63,469 nucleotides of DNA, filler included, from Choristocarpus tenellus KU-1152 (GCA_964200185.2; 8 parts of 8 records of this genome joined end to end with filler, not necessarily neighbours in it), one strand, 5' to 3'. Positions 51,874-63,469 are shown, numbered from the whole stretch's first letter. Translations and numbers: made by a program. Notes: generated by a model not told the origin, from the sequence alone.

Positions 51874-52279
51874 TTGTCTTCATAAGGGGGGATGTTGGTG
51901 AATGATACGTGTGAAGGGGGGTAAGAGGGGGAAGCAAAAGAGAGTGTGAGGTACAGGCAATATCTGGATGACGGCGTTTGTACTGTTGTTTCCGCTCACC
52001 CTTCCACCACTGGCAAGAGGCTTGGGAATTGGGCAAAAGGGGGCAGGGGAAGAGTGGAGGGCTATTCTTCGACCGCATTAAATGAGTTTGTGTGTTTTAG
52101 CTTTTGCATTAAGCAGATCATTCATTCCGCTTTTGGAGAGAGAGCTAACATTTCACTTTGGGTTTGACCAGGCCCACCCCCTTCATAATCTACATTTTGC
52201 ATGAGGTAGGGGAGTATGTGAGAGTTGTTTTATGGAAGTCGCTTTGGAACCATGTTTGTCGAAAGCTTGCTGAGCACCA

Positions 52280-52920
52280 TGTTGTCAACTGTTTGGCCAC
52301 AGTGTGTGCTGAAGGGGAGGGGGAGGCACAAACCTTATCGAGAGGGAATCATCTCCATAATATGTTGCGAACCCCTTCCAACCCTCCTGCACCCTTTACT
52401 TCAGGTCGCTTTCTTGGAGAGCAAGGACCAGACCAGCCAAAAGCTCATCTCCAGATTGATAATGAGGCTCAACATGGCCGACAATTCAACTGGGGCAGGA
52501 AGGAAGGCGGAATGGCAGGTATGTCTTGCAATATAGAACCCTTGGGCAAATATGGATTACAAGATAGTAGTGAATATCATTAGAGACAAAGCTGCAGATG
52601 TGTATGTTAATATTACCTGCAAACTCTTGCGCTTTCTTGTAGATCGAACTCCGTAGAAGGGGCCCTCGATATCCTGGATCACATCCATAACCCTATCGGT
52701 GGCGGACCCTTCATTTCCCATCCGGGTCACCCTCTGTAAATCCCTTTAGATCTGCCCAATGTCGAAGGTTCTCCTTTCGTCATCGACTCTCGTCACCTTC
52801 TTAAGCGCTTTAAGGAGTTGGTCCTCTGTCGCTGGAGCCCAATTGCTTTATAGTTTGCCCCGCACCAGTGCTCGTCTCTGAGCAACGGTTCAGGACTCAG
52901 ATAGCGTCATAAATGCAATT
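52280..52920 (-). pseudogene. Probable Ty3/gypsy gag relic
   Basis: The stop-interrupted frame ...EDQLLKALKKVTRVDDERRTFDIGQI*RDLQRVTRMGNEGSATDRVMDVIQDIE resembles stramenopile gypsy gag as I recall it. Decayed knuckle-like segments follow. Unverified. Confidence 0.35.
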
Positions 52921-53816
52921 TGTACACCTCCTTTAGAGTGTTGCATCCTAACACTCATCTCACCTCCCGAGCTGTCAGAAACTCCCTCACCTCCTTCTCA
53001 GCAAGTCCCTCAACCCATGGAGGTTGAATATGCTCTGCGCTATCTGCAATTTAGACCAATCGATCTCACGCAACCCCCCCCAGGCTGTGCCAGGTCCATC
53101 TCCGTTGTTCATTGACATATCCTACCCTGTCAATCAACCAAGCTGCTTTCTGCCCGATTGTGTGCACTCCAAGCCCCAGCAACCTCCCGCCATCATGTGT
53201 TGGTCTTCCCCAGCCAATTCTAGTGCCACGCTCGATTCTATGATCAGGTCTCGAGAATTCAATTGAATTATAGACAGTTCAACCACAGGAACTGGTTTAT
53301 AATAGCCTGTAAGGCCTACACCCCACGTTGGAGCTTACAGCTCTGTAATTTGTTAAGGAGTGATCATAGATCCAGTCGAGGATCACATGTCCTCCAATCA
53401 TCAAAAGATACAAACGCCTCAACTATGTTAGGAATCCCCTCGATGCTGTATCTACACATGTGTATGACTCCCTGCACCCCAACCACGACCTTGCCTATAT
53501 TTCCCTACCTGGATCTGCAGAACTGCTCTCTGACACAAACGCTCGATCTTCCTTTTGTCGAGATAGGCCTCATACCTGGCAAGGCAGAAAATTGGGATGA
53601 GGAATGTCCAGGTTCATTTTGTTAAAACATAGGCTACTCATTTGTTTCTTGTTGATATGATACACATCTACCAGCTTGTACTGACTGTTGATTGGTGCAC
53701 TGCACTGGTTGTTAGTNNNNNNNNNNNNNNNNNNNNNNNNNNNNNNNNNNNNNNNNNNNNTTAATTAATTAANNNNNNNNNNNNNNNNNNNNNNNNNNNN
53801 NNNNNNNNNNNNNNNN

Positions 53817-53884
53817 CCCAGTCAATTTTGGGTCAAGCCCATCCTCAATGAAAAGCTCCATCCTCAATTTTTGAAATCGGCTGT
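53817..53884. mobile_element. Dispersed repeat family D end (matching ends at 60308-60332 and ~63189-63250)
   Basis: The reverse complement cagccgatttcaaaaattgaggatggagc...ttgacccaaaat matches cagtggattctcaaaattgaggatg and cagcctcttagcaaaattgaggatggagc...tttgacccaaaat. Confidence 0.7.
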
Positions 53885-53929
53885 TCTTTGTGGTTGTGAC
53901 AGTATCAAGGCCAATGTTCGAAAGATGAG

Positions 53930-54200
53930 GTACAATCATGAGAGATGAGAACTCCCAAAGGCATTGATGTTTGGGGAACTTGCGGATGGAAAGCAGAAGA
54001 AGCAAGTGTACAGGAGAAGAACGGTGGATATGCCTGCAAGACAACCATCCATGAGAAGTTTGGGGTCATGGGTTGTGGGATGTAAAGCAAGGACGACAAG
54101 GACGACAAACCAACACAGGTGGTACAGGTATGTGGTCGATGCACAAAAGAGGCTTGTGAACATGTGGCATGCCAGAGAAGGTATGATTTAGCAGACATGC
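53930..54200 (+). mobile_element. RTE-like LINE, C-terminal remnant
   Basis: LPKALMFGELADGKQK...W...RWYRYV...NMWHARE matches the RLPK..MFGEL..G.R...W tail of RTE-clade ORFs. Confidence 0.65.
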
Positions 54201-54665
54201 ACTATGCTAAAGCAAGCAGCTAAGGTAACCCACGCAGGTCAGGGCACATGCATCCACGCTCAACATATCAAGTACTGGATATTGCTTTCTCATTGTCTCT
54301 TTCCTCTAGCCTAGGGGTAGCATACATTTTGTTTTTCTTTCCTTTGTGTAGTATGTGTCAAGTGGTGCTTGGGTTTGGATGGGCTAGGTATGACACTGAT
54401 TTATGTATTGTCTCCCTCTTCTTTCTCTCATAGGACATAGTGATATCGTTATTAATGACGACAACCTAATGTAGGTAGTATTAACTCCATTCAACAAACG
54501 TTTTTATTGAGTAGGTGTAACAATCCGACACAGACATTAATTGTCTGAGTGCTCAAAAATAAGATCATTTTAGCTAGTTCTACAGATTGTCATGCCCAAT
54601 AAAAATCTGAAAGATATTTGGGTGGGCATTTGCAACAGTGACGATGTGTGCACTTACTAAAAAGA

Positions 54666-54937
54666 AACTCATAGTATCTTAGAGGGGGGTGTTTAGAGCA
54701 TGTTGTCCATTCGGTGCTTGATGGGGTTTTGCGAGATACTCCAGTTTAATGCCCGTTTTGCGGGTGATTTCCTTCGAATTTTTTTCAGGCAGGAGGGTGG
54801 AAAAGGAGGGTGTGTTCAGACGAAGTAAATTGGCCATACGTCTGACACGTTCGCTCAGGTGACATGAACATCACTACATACATGTTCACACAGATCCTGA
54901 ATGGACGCCTGGCACCCCCTCTAGAATACTATGAGTC
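54666..54937. mobile_element. MITE family C, copy 2
   Basis: TIRs actcatagtatcttagaggggg / ccccctctagaatactatgagt. Confidence 0.85.
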
Positions 54938-55759
54938 CAAGATGCCTGAGCAATGGAGGGATGAAGCAGTGTTGTAGAGAGTTGCCAATATATTGTAGTA
55001 AGTTTTGTTCGCTTATCATATAATATAGTATTAACTACCAATGGAAGACTTCTATATTTTGATCCGTGCTAGGATTGCGCAAAATGCATTGCTGAGATTG
55101 ACATGTTCAACAACAGGACTTAATCTTCGCGAGAAGCCCATTGTATGCCCCCCCCATCCACCCACTCTGATTTGTCCTGTGGGATGAGCTCATTTTAGGG
55201 AGTGCATACATCGTCATGGTTGGTAGTGTCTTGTTTGAGAATGTAAACATCGTCAATATTATTGTTCTGGATGGTGCGAATAACGCGTTAGCTGTTACTA
55301 CTGAATTTCTCTTTTTATCCATGCTGAATTCTTTCCTATATTTTTCTTCCTTTCTTAGAACACCGAAAAATAGCAACGATGGGTACACCCACAAAATAAG
55401 TGATATCCTTCCACGGGACAAATATGAGTGGGGGGTGAATACCAAGAGGTTCCTCATGAAGAGCAGGCTCTGTCGGAAACTTCAAATTCCACCGGTCTGT
55501 CAAGCACAACCCTGACTAGCGTGAGTCAAAACGAAGGTAGTTGATACGATTTGATAGGCGAAACGCGACTTACTATGACGTATTGACACATATATCTACA
55601 ATACGACTATCTCTTCATTACTGACTGAGATCTTTTTTAGCGAGAATAGACATCGTCATGGTCTTTCTACAATCAACATACATTTTGAGGTTATCCAGTG
55701 AGCACTACTCGCTAAAATGATGTTTGGATTGCCTATTACGCAGCATCCAAGACGTTAGG

Positions 55760-56095
55760 CCTATTTTATTATTATTCCCTCTGATATTTTCCAAATGTGT
55801 AGAGTTTGTTGTTTCTATTATTATATCGTCTGACATTTTCCAGATTTGGCAGCGGAATACCGATGAAAAGCCAATTCAATATAATTTTCTACGACTTATG
55901 CTACACACTAATCCCCTCTATCTATGCCTCCAACCTAGCTTAGCCCTACACCCCAGGACGAGGACCTAGGGAAGCATCCCAAGAATCTGATAGGCCCCTC
56001 CTTCCCCATCTCCCTGGTGTCTCCTGGTTAAAATGCATGACGCGTCTTGATAGAGACACTTTTGTGTTGTGACAATATCTGTCGTAAACGGGATT
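55760..56095 (-). mobile_element. 5'-truncated CRE-like LINE 3' end carrying two stacked tails
   Basis: The reverse complement aligns with 26797-27105 and 28200-28539. It has two successive ...tggaaaat(g/a)tcaga...ataataata ends. Confidence 0.75.
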
Positions 56096-56141
56096 TTACA
56101 GTTTCTTATTATGGTAGACTACAATCCATTACGTGGTACAA

Positions 56142-56213
56142 TCCCTCGTAGTCCAACGGTTAGGATATTTGACTTTTACTCAGGAGACCCGGGTTCGACT
56201 CCCGACGAGGGAG
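56142..56213 (+). tRNA. tRNA-Glu-type body with anticodon TTT (likely pseudogene or anticodon variant)
   Basis: 72 nt. Perfect acceptor stem tccctcg/cgaggga, A box tagtccaacgg, B box ggttcgactcc, anticodon loop cttttac. There are two G-U pairs in the anticodon stem and one C-A mismatch in the T stem. Confidence 0.8.
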
Positions 56214-56770
56214 AAACTGGTTCTTTTATGTGACTGAGTTCATTAATTCAACGTTTGCATGGCAATGTTGCTGTTAGATCCAATTTATTATTCTGGGCAT
56301 TCCTCAAAAGTATTTGCTCAAAGAGACCGGTGTCCCCCATTAATCGAGAAGGTAGGTGTAGAGTAGAGTACATGGATCAGAATGCAACGTGCTTGAGTAT
56401 TTTAGGTGCAAGCAAACCTCACATTCACTCACTCCTGAACACAACACAATATACTTTATTGCATGATAGCGGAAAGACTCCTCAAATTTGTTCAACATCA
56501 CTCTTTTTATCAGTACAGTCCTCTTACCAAAATTAGGATTCCACAACTATTAAACTCTGTTGTTCTCAAAATACCTTCACAGAGCGTGCATTGTCCCTCT
56601 GTTACCATAGTACTATCTACAAGATTCATCAGGCAGCGTGTGGGTTCTGTAAGAGTATTCAACCAATGCCATTGATGTGTTGGTGACTAGCAACAATATG
56701 GATTCAAGCCATCTTGCTGACTTTGCTGACTCCCATGACTTCCACGAATATTGATTGAGGCAAGCAAATC

Positions 56771-57056
56771 TATTACAGGTGCCCCCAAAAGCTCACCTCC
56801 CCAGGATATATAGCTCCAATCTACGGGCCTATTGATGAAACTGATGTAGGTATAGGACTCCTGATGCACAAGTCGTCAAGTATGCTGGATCTCTAACTTG
56901 GATTATGGTAAATACCATCGTATAAAAGGGAACTGATCAACGATGCCTTATCACAATCAGGGATCATAATGACCAAATAATAAGTAATCAAGAAGTACAA
57001 ATACAATGTCATAATGGTGTTTATGAAACCGCCATCAAGACATATCGCCTGTGACA
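56771..57056 (-). repeat. 3' LTR
   Basis: Aligns with 59009-59309; the first TG on the + strand has mutated to TA. Confidence 0.9.
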
Positions 57057-57067
57057 TGCCCCCCTAG
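57057..57067 (-). promoter_or_regulatory. Polypurine tract
   Basis: The minus strand reads a G-run purine tract followed by ca, immediately before the LTR start tgtcacaggc. Confidence 0.75.
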
Positions 57068-58976
57068 CATGAAGCATAACTCAATGTGATAAACAGGCGA
57101 TTGGACAAGGAAATATAATGTCACTCCTTATCCTATCATGAACGCAGCAGAAATGAAATGAAAGTCACTTCCAGGTCCTAACATATCAATAGGCAGCGTT
57201 GGGGATCCAGCGGAGGAGGAAACCTTGAGGAAAACCCCCCTTCCAACTTTTGCCCTGACAACAAATATGTTAGCGCAATACTCGCACCTCACGGCACTCA
57301 CTCTGCATTTGACTTAACATTCAAAAGAAAAACTCCTACACCAGGGTCTCATACACACACCAAAAGTAGGGTACTGTCTAAAAAGACTCCACCCCTTCCA
57401 AGATAAACAAACACAAATACAGACACAAAACCATAGTAGCACTGAACTTGGGTATTGCCATGGACTCTCCCCCTTCAGAACTAAAACACAGCAACGACAA
57501 GACACTAAGACCATGACCACAGTCACAAAGTTGGGTGCTGTCATGGAAAGGCTTACCCTTGCTAGGAACTATGAATATATACCACAAAAAATAACAACAG
57601 AGAGGATATCAGCAAGTCTCTCCCTCTTCATATCTATCAGCAAAAATGAATACAGGCACAAAATTACATAGCACTGAAACAGGGTACTGCTTAGACTGTC
57701 CCCCTTCACAGCTATAAACACAAATTATTGGACACCAAGATGTCTCACAGTCACAAAGAACATTCAACAAAAGGACTCAGAAAAAATAGGGAGTGTCATA
57801 GTAAGACTCCCCCCTTCAGGACTATAAACACAAACAATAGAAGACAGGAATCATATCTCAAATACAAACAAAAATGTCCAAAAACCACAGAAGATAGTAA
57901 ATGTTATAACAAGGCTACTCACACTGGTTGGAATGCGAAAAGGCAGACATGCTATTCGCCTGTAACATAACAACAGAGAGGATCTCAGCAAGTCTCTCCC
58001 TCTTCACAACTATCAGCAAAAATGAATACAGGCACAAAATTACAATAGCACTGAAATAGGGTACTGCTTAGACTGTCCCCCTTCACAGCTATAAACACAA
58101 ATTATTGGACACCAAAAAACTGCCAGGAACGGAGTCGGAACTGGAGTCCCTAGGTTGCAAAAAGAAAAGTGGCAAGAGTCGGAACTGAAGCCCCTATGTC
58201 GCCATGTGGCAATTAATACAGGCTGCCGTAGCACGATTCGAGGTTATAGATGATATTTATTGTCCTGACCTGTGATAATCGCCTGTGGTAAGCGTGAAGC
58301 ATGTAGTCCTAGTTCACGCTGAGGGGCATGTTACAGGCGAATAGCATGTCAGGATAATAAATATCATCTATCACCTCGAATCGTACTGCGGCAGCATTAG
58401 TAGCCACATAACGACATAGGGGCTCCAGTTCCGACTCTTGCCACTTTTCTTTTTGCAACCTAGGGACTCCAGTTCCGACTCTATTGCCACTCTGCCAGTT
58501 TTGTTGCAACTTAGGAACTCCAGCTCCGACTCCGTTCCCACTCTGCCAGTTTTTTTGCGACCTAGGGACCCAGTTCCGACGAAACCTGTGGGATAAAAGA
58601 ACAATGTGATACACAAAAAACAGATCGGGAATGTGAGTGTACGAATGGCGAGGAAGAACTACCTAAGCAAGGTTTATACTATGGCGGTCGAAAACCACTC
58701 GTTTACGACTATAGGTGGATGATGTGGCGATCGAAGGCCACTCTTTTTACAGCTAGAGAGGGGCGATTCCCTCAGAGCTACAGAAGCCCTCAGACCCATG
58801 AAGACGACGAGCCCGAGGAGGAAATCCCATAGACGACGAATGAAGACCATAAACCCAGGTGGAACAAGAAATGAATCCAGGTGGAACAAGAAGACAATCC
58901 AGGCGGGCGTGGGAAGCTACAAAGAGTCCTAAGTGTTGAGGTGAAGACTGGGTAGTCTCTCCAGTTTGAAGAGAGG

Positions 58977-59008
58977 CGGTAGGACCTCCAGTCTCGGTAG
59001 GACCTCCA
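58977..59008 (-). promoter_or_regulatory. Tandemly doubled primer-binding site, tRNA-Gln
   Basis: The minus strand reads TGGAGGTCCTACCGAGAC-TGGAGGTCCTACCG. This is complementary to the eukaryotic tRNA-Gln 3' end (...TCTCGGTRGGACCTCCA). Confidence 0.85.
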
Positions 59009-59309
59009 TGTTACAGGCACCCCTCAAATCTCACCTCCACAGGATGTATAGCTCCAATCTACGGGTCTATGGATGATACTGATGTACGTATAGGACTCCT
59101 GATGCACAAGTCGTCAAGTATTCTGGATTTCTCACTTGGATTATCGTAAATATCATGGTATAAAAGGGAATTGATCAACGATGTCTTATCACAATCGGGG
59201 ACCATAATGACCAAATAATAAATAAATAAAGTACAAACATATCAAATCTAGAACTTCAATGTCACAATGGTGTTTATGAAACCGCCATCAAGACATATCG
59301 CCTGTGACA
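59009..59309 (-). repeat. 5' LTR
   Basis: TG...CA ends with ~10-bp inverted termini. Confidence 0.9.
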
Positions 59310-60544
59310 AATCTTGGGTAAGTACGTAACCAATGTAGTATGATGACTCGTTGCTTTGAAAATCGAAGGCAAAGCTGACCTATCTTGCCTGCCCTATGTC
59401 ATGCTTTAATGGTGATATCAAGATGCGAGGGAAATTAAGATTTACTTTAATCGGCTATGAACTTTCTGTCCAAATAAGTAGCAACTTGGAACTTTGGCAG
59501 GACCTGGCAACTTGGTGAAGGGAGTGAATGATACCCACACCCTTTGTTATGATGCCCTTCCATGCCCAAGTGTAGGAGCGAGTACACAGGCTTCCTGTCC
59601 TGGGTCTGGGCATCAGGATCAAGCCACTCTACAAAGACGTTGGTAGCTTGTTGGACAGGAAGCAGAGGATATATGGATTTATCCTCAGACTCTCACTCCT
59701 TTCCATCTATGAATAGTTGAACTTTTAGTCCAAACTTCACGGAGATATGGTTGGCCCAGAATGTTGTCATTTGATTTTAAGCTGTCAGGCAGTGCCCTGT
59801 CCTGTGACACCTTCAATAATATGAAATTACCTGGTTGTCACTTTGAAAGTCAAAGTTGCAAAAAACAACACAGTACAAATGAATGTGTGTTTAGATGGAT
59901 ACTCTCCTTCACAGAGAGACATACACCCCTCCCTGCTGGCAAAGGTAAACCCTGCAACCCAGTCGCAGTCCCCCCCTGCCTCTTTCGTTAGTTGTTGCCA
60001 GCTGATGGAGCTTCTACTTTTTCCCCTCGGGCATAGAGCACACAGCCCTTACCTGTGTTTTTCTTCTTGGAGCTGCTGGAGCACAGTGGTTATAAGTCTG
60101 TGGATCTCCTCTTCATATTTTCCCCATATCAAAGCTCCATCTCGTTTTCTCCCAGAGGTGGTAGAGAACAGCACTTAGTTGCGAAGCTTCCTCTTCACTT
60201 TTCCACTTGACTCACCATTCCCCTACTAACCATACACAGCTCTGCAGATGTAAGAGGCCTGCAGCACCTCATACTGCTCAAGGAAGGTCAGGAGTACCCC
60301 ATTATAACAGTGGATTCTCAAAATTGAGGATGNNNNNNNNNNNNNNNNNNNNNNNNNNNNNNNNNNNNNNNNNNNNTTAATTAATTAANNNNNNNNNNNN
60401 NNNNNNNNNNNNNNNNNNNNNNNNNNNNNNNNTTTTTTTTTTTTTTTATATTTCTCCCCCCCCCCTCCCCGGCCCCCACCCCCAGGCGGCCCCCCCCCCC
60501 CCCCCCCCCTCTTTCCCCCTCCCTTTACTCATTGATGGTGACAG

Positions 60545-61273
60545 GTGAAGGAAGTACAAAGGCAGCGTGAGCAACGGTTCTTTGAGAACCGCTTCCGGGG
60601 GGCGAAAGCAAAGGAGAAGGCGGCAATCAAGGCCGAAATTGCAGACAACATCGAGCTCATCGCACCTGCAGCAGCAAATCGGGAGAAGGCTCTGCTCAAC
60701 ATTACAGAAAAGGCAAAGCAGGTTCGTTTGTCGTGGGCAAGGAGGCCTGGGGGTCGGTTATGTTTCCAGGAAGTTGGGATATTGAAGTGAGAGATAAGCA
60801 TTACGATGAGTATGGTAGAGTGGAGGCAGAACATTTTTTTGTTGATTGGTTTCCCCTTTATGGTACTCGCTATTGCTTTTGTTCGGGTGGTAGTATCTAC
60901 TTGTAGTGATGCCATTTCCTCAACTTCTGCAGATGGGCGTTTTGAACCATTTTGAAGGCGGTATATATGGTTCTATATATATATTGGCGTAAAAGATAAA
61001 TGTAAGATGCTTTGATGTCAGATCTGATGTGATGTGTATGAGAGATTTGCTATCGCTTGGCTGTAGGTTATAGCTCGGTCCCTACATTTGCTGCTTGATT
61101 CTGTTCCTCTGAACTCTTTTCTTTTCAACTGTATCACTAAACAACCCCATCTCTCTCTCTCTCTCTCTCTGACTGCCTGTCTGTAATACTCAACTTTCTA
61201 TTGCTGATTGACTGCCTAGCAGAAGATTGCAGCAGCGTCAAAGTCAAAAGAGATGACTCAAATGGAGGAGTGA
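60545..61273 (+). CDS. RLP24: Ribosome biogenesis protein RLP24 (RSL24D1), last two exons; 5' part lies beyond the contig start
   Basis: Exon 60545-60721 encodes VKEVQRQREQRFFENRFRGAKAKEKAAIKAEIADNIELIAP... and exon 61223-61273 encodes KIAAASKSKEMTQMEE*. This matches the RLP24 C-terminal helix pattern (V.EI..KR...F...R.......E...NI.LI). Confidence 0.8.
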
Positions 61274-63469
61274 GGATAGCAATGATGTCATGGATGATGT
61301 CAGTAGTAATGTTATTGAGACACCTTGGCTGCCAACCCTGTTGTGGCTTCCCTCTCGTGTAGCATGGTACGTATTGTACCTCATGGTGAAGTCCAGTGAT
61401 CTATGTTGTTACTCCTTAAATATGCTGGCATGAATGGATGAGTCTAGAAGAATGCTACTTTGTTGCCATCATGTGACATTTTCTGCTTGACTAGGGGAAA
61501 CGCAGAAACAGTATAGAACTCTGTTGTGCTAATGAAGGTGCTGCTGTGCTTTTATGGCTCCGCTCTAGGTGGTCTGCTTGGGAGGTTGAACTTGAGGGGG
61601 CAGATGAAGAACTTCTCGATTCAGTTACATTATTTTTTTGGATCGTACGTTTTTTTAGGGTCTGAAATGTGTCCCTTGGTGTGTACTATGTACATATATG
61701 TGTGATAGTGTTACGTGTGGGATTCGTCATTGGAGTAACACCAATGCAATAGTCGAAATTTGACGGTATCAAGGTCTGCACCTGTGGTACTGGATAGTTG
61801 TATTGTATGTCGCATGTGTGTGCTAAAGGGCACTGCTACATCCTACATCGTTTTTTTTGGTTTTATTTCTTTTTTGCGCAGGCTTGTTGTTGTGGCCAAT
61901 TATTAGATGGTTTAGTTCATTCGCTTGTGCAGCAGAGCTTAGTAGCTTGAGTATGGGTCATGGAAGAGTCAGTGGTGTAAGCTAGAACAGGAGAATCTAC
62001 AACTGTTCAGAGAGGGATGAGGTCGAACTCAGGCACATTGGCATTGGTATGTAGCACTATGTGTTGGGTTTGCTGACTGACCTAAGCCATAATACAGAGT
62101 GGTTAGAGTGTTCTGAACTGTGTATTAGGGTTGTTGCCTCCGATTTGTCACAGTGGATCAACACCATACTTTAGAACTGGAAAATCACTTGGGGAGGTTT
62201 TTTTTCCTCACATAAACTGGAGATTTGTCTTTTTTCATTAATACACTCTCCTTGCTATAGGGGTCAGAAATATACAATAAATGACAGGTGTGTATGTATG
62301 TGGTTGGCTTTGACGTGTGTGCAGTCCACAACTCTCGTGCTAGAAAAGTTACAGTTGGGTATCGTCTTCAAATGTGTGCAATTGAATACATCGGATGTTA
62401 CCTCCAAGTCCTCTGATCTTGACCCCTTACCTACTTCTACATCACAATGGAGTAAAGCAATACTTCGAAGTAGAATCTAAAGGGCTTAGGGTTGGACCCA
62501 GCAAAGACCGAAATTGTGCTCTTTTGTTGGAGGAAATACAGTTACATTCCAATAGAAGTGCCAGTGCTCTTGAGGGAGGAGACCAAACAGGCGATGCCTG
62601 ATTGCCTTAAGGATCCAGAGAATGATTTGTGTGGGGAGAGTGTATTGATAACCCCTCAGTAGATGCGGCCAATGAGTACTTTAGTACACACTTCTGAGTT
62701 TGACTCTGACGACGAAAGAGCTGGTTTGTAAGAGTAACATACATAGCTGAGGTTGCAGATGGAGCAGGCCTACTTCAACCAGTGGAGCAACGAGGAAGCT
62801 TCATGGAGAGGAGGAAGTAGATCCACCGTGGTGATGCTGGTCAAAAGAAACATGCTTCACATGGAGTACTACGATTCAGATGATGTTTTTCCCCTGCTCC
62901 TGTGCTTCTATTATTTTAAGAAATATTTTAGCAATAGTGAATAGTACATTTAATGAGGTGTGCGGTGTGGAAAGTAATAATTTGGACCCCCTAGAGGTTG
63001 GATGCGGACAGGGGCGGAGAGGAAGGAGAGTGATGCGACTCCTTGTTATGTTAATGCCAAGGTGTGTCGAAATCTGACTGTCTTTTGAAGTCATCCTAGA
63101 AGATGGAATGAAACTTACTTCACAAATCATCCCAAATCTTTGTGGACATAGATTTTCGGGTTGTTGATCACCGTATTGCCCAACAAACAGCCTCTTAGCA
63201 AAATTGAGGATGGAGCATAGCATGGAGGATATGTTTGACCCAAAATGGTGCGCGGAAAGTGTCCATACGTTTTTTTTTGTAAATGTTGCGGCACTTTTTA
63301 AGAGCCCCTTTTTGAATGGGATATATTTTGTCAAAAATATTTCGGTGCTTGTGGAGGGCACAGCTACGATTTGGAAGTGACCTCGACCAAGCCAAATGTA
63401 TAAGGACAGACGGGCCCCCCCGGGGGGGAACTGGTAACAGTTTTGGTATGCTTGTATGTATGATACACT

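Larger units (their letters stand above)
56771..59309 (-). mobile_element. Non-autonomous LTR retrotransposon (TRIM/LARD-like), complete, 2539 bp
   Basis: Direct repeats at 56771-57056 and 59009-59309 with tgttacaggc...gcctgtgaca ends and a 4-bp TSD AATC. The PBS abuts 59009, the PPT abuts 57056, and there is no gag/pol ORF. Confidence 0.92.

Noticed and set aside
62876-63361. 161-aa minus-strand ORF
   Set aside because: It spans a repeat family D end and has no recognisable motifs; likely spurious.

Overview
This is eukaryotic, intron-rich DNA, most likely from a brown alga or close stramenopile relative (inference from gene style, TTAGGG-like repeats and transposon types). It consists of eight contigs joined by artificial 100-nt N44-TTAATTAATTAA-N44 linkers, so adjacency across linkers is not evidence of linkage. 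Contig 1 (1-22888) is gene-dense. It holds an 11-exon CCA-adding enzyme (-), a divergently transcribed ~8-exon gene of unknown function (+), an ELL-associated factor (EAF) domain gene (+), a 3-exon small two-TM protein (-) and a 5-exon MsrA (+). The rest is transposon-rich: several related MITE families, a mariner-like fragment, CRE-like (restriction-like endonuclease) and RTE-like LINE remnants, a foldback element and a probable gypsy gag relic. It also has a divergent, incomplete USP/C19 deubiquitinase gene, a tRNA-Glu body with a TTT anticodon, a complete non-coding 2.5-kb LTR element (doubled tRNA-Gln primer-binding site, internal fold-back) and the 3' end of RLP24. All gene models were spliced by hand from GT-AG sites and phase consistency; no searches were run. 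I found no clearly novel multi-gene system. The LTR element architecture is the most unusual object.
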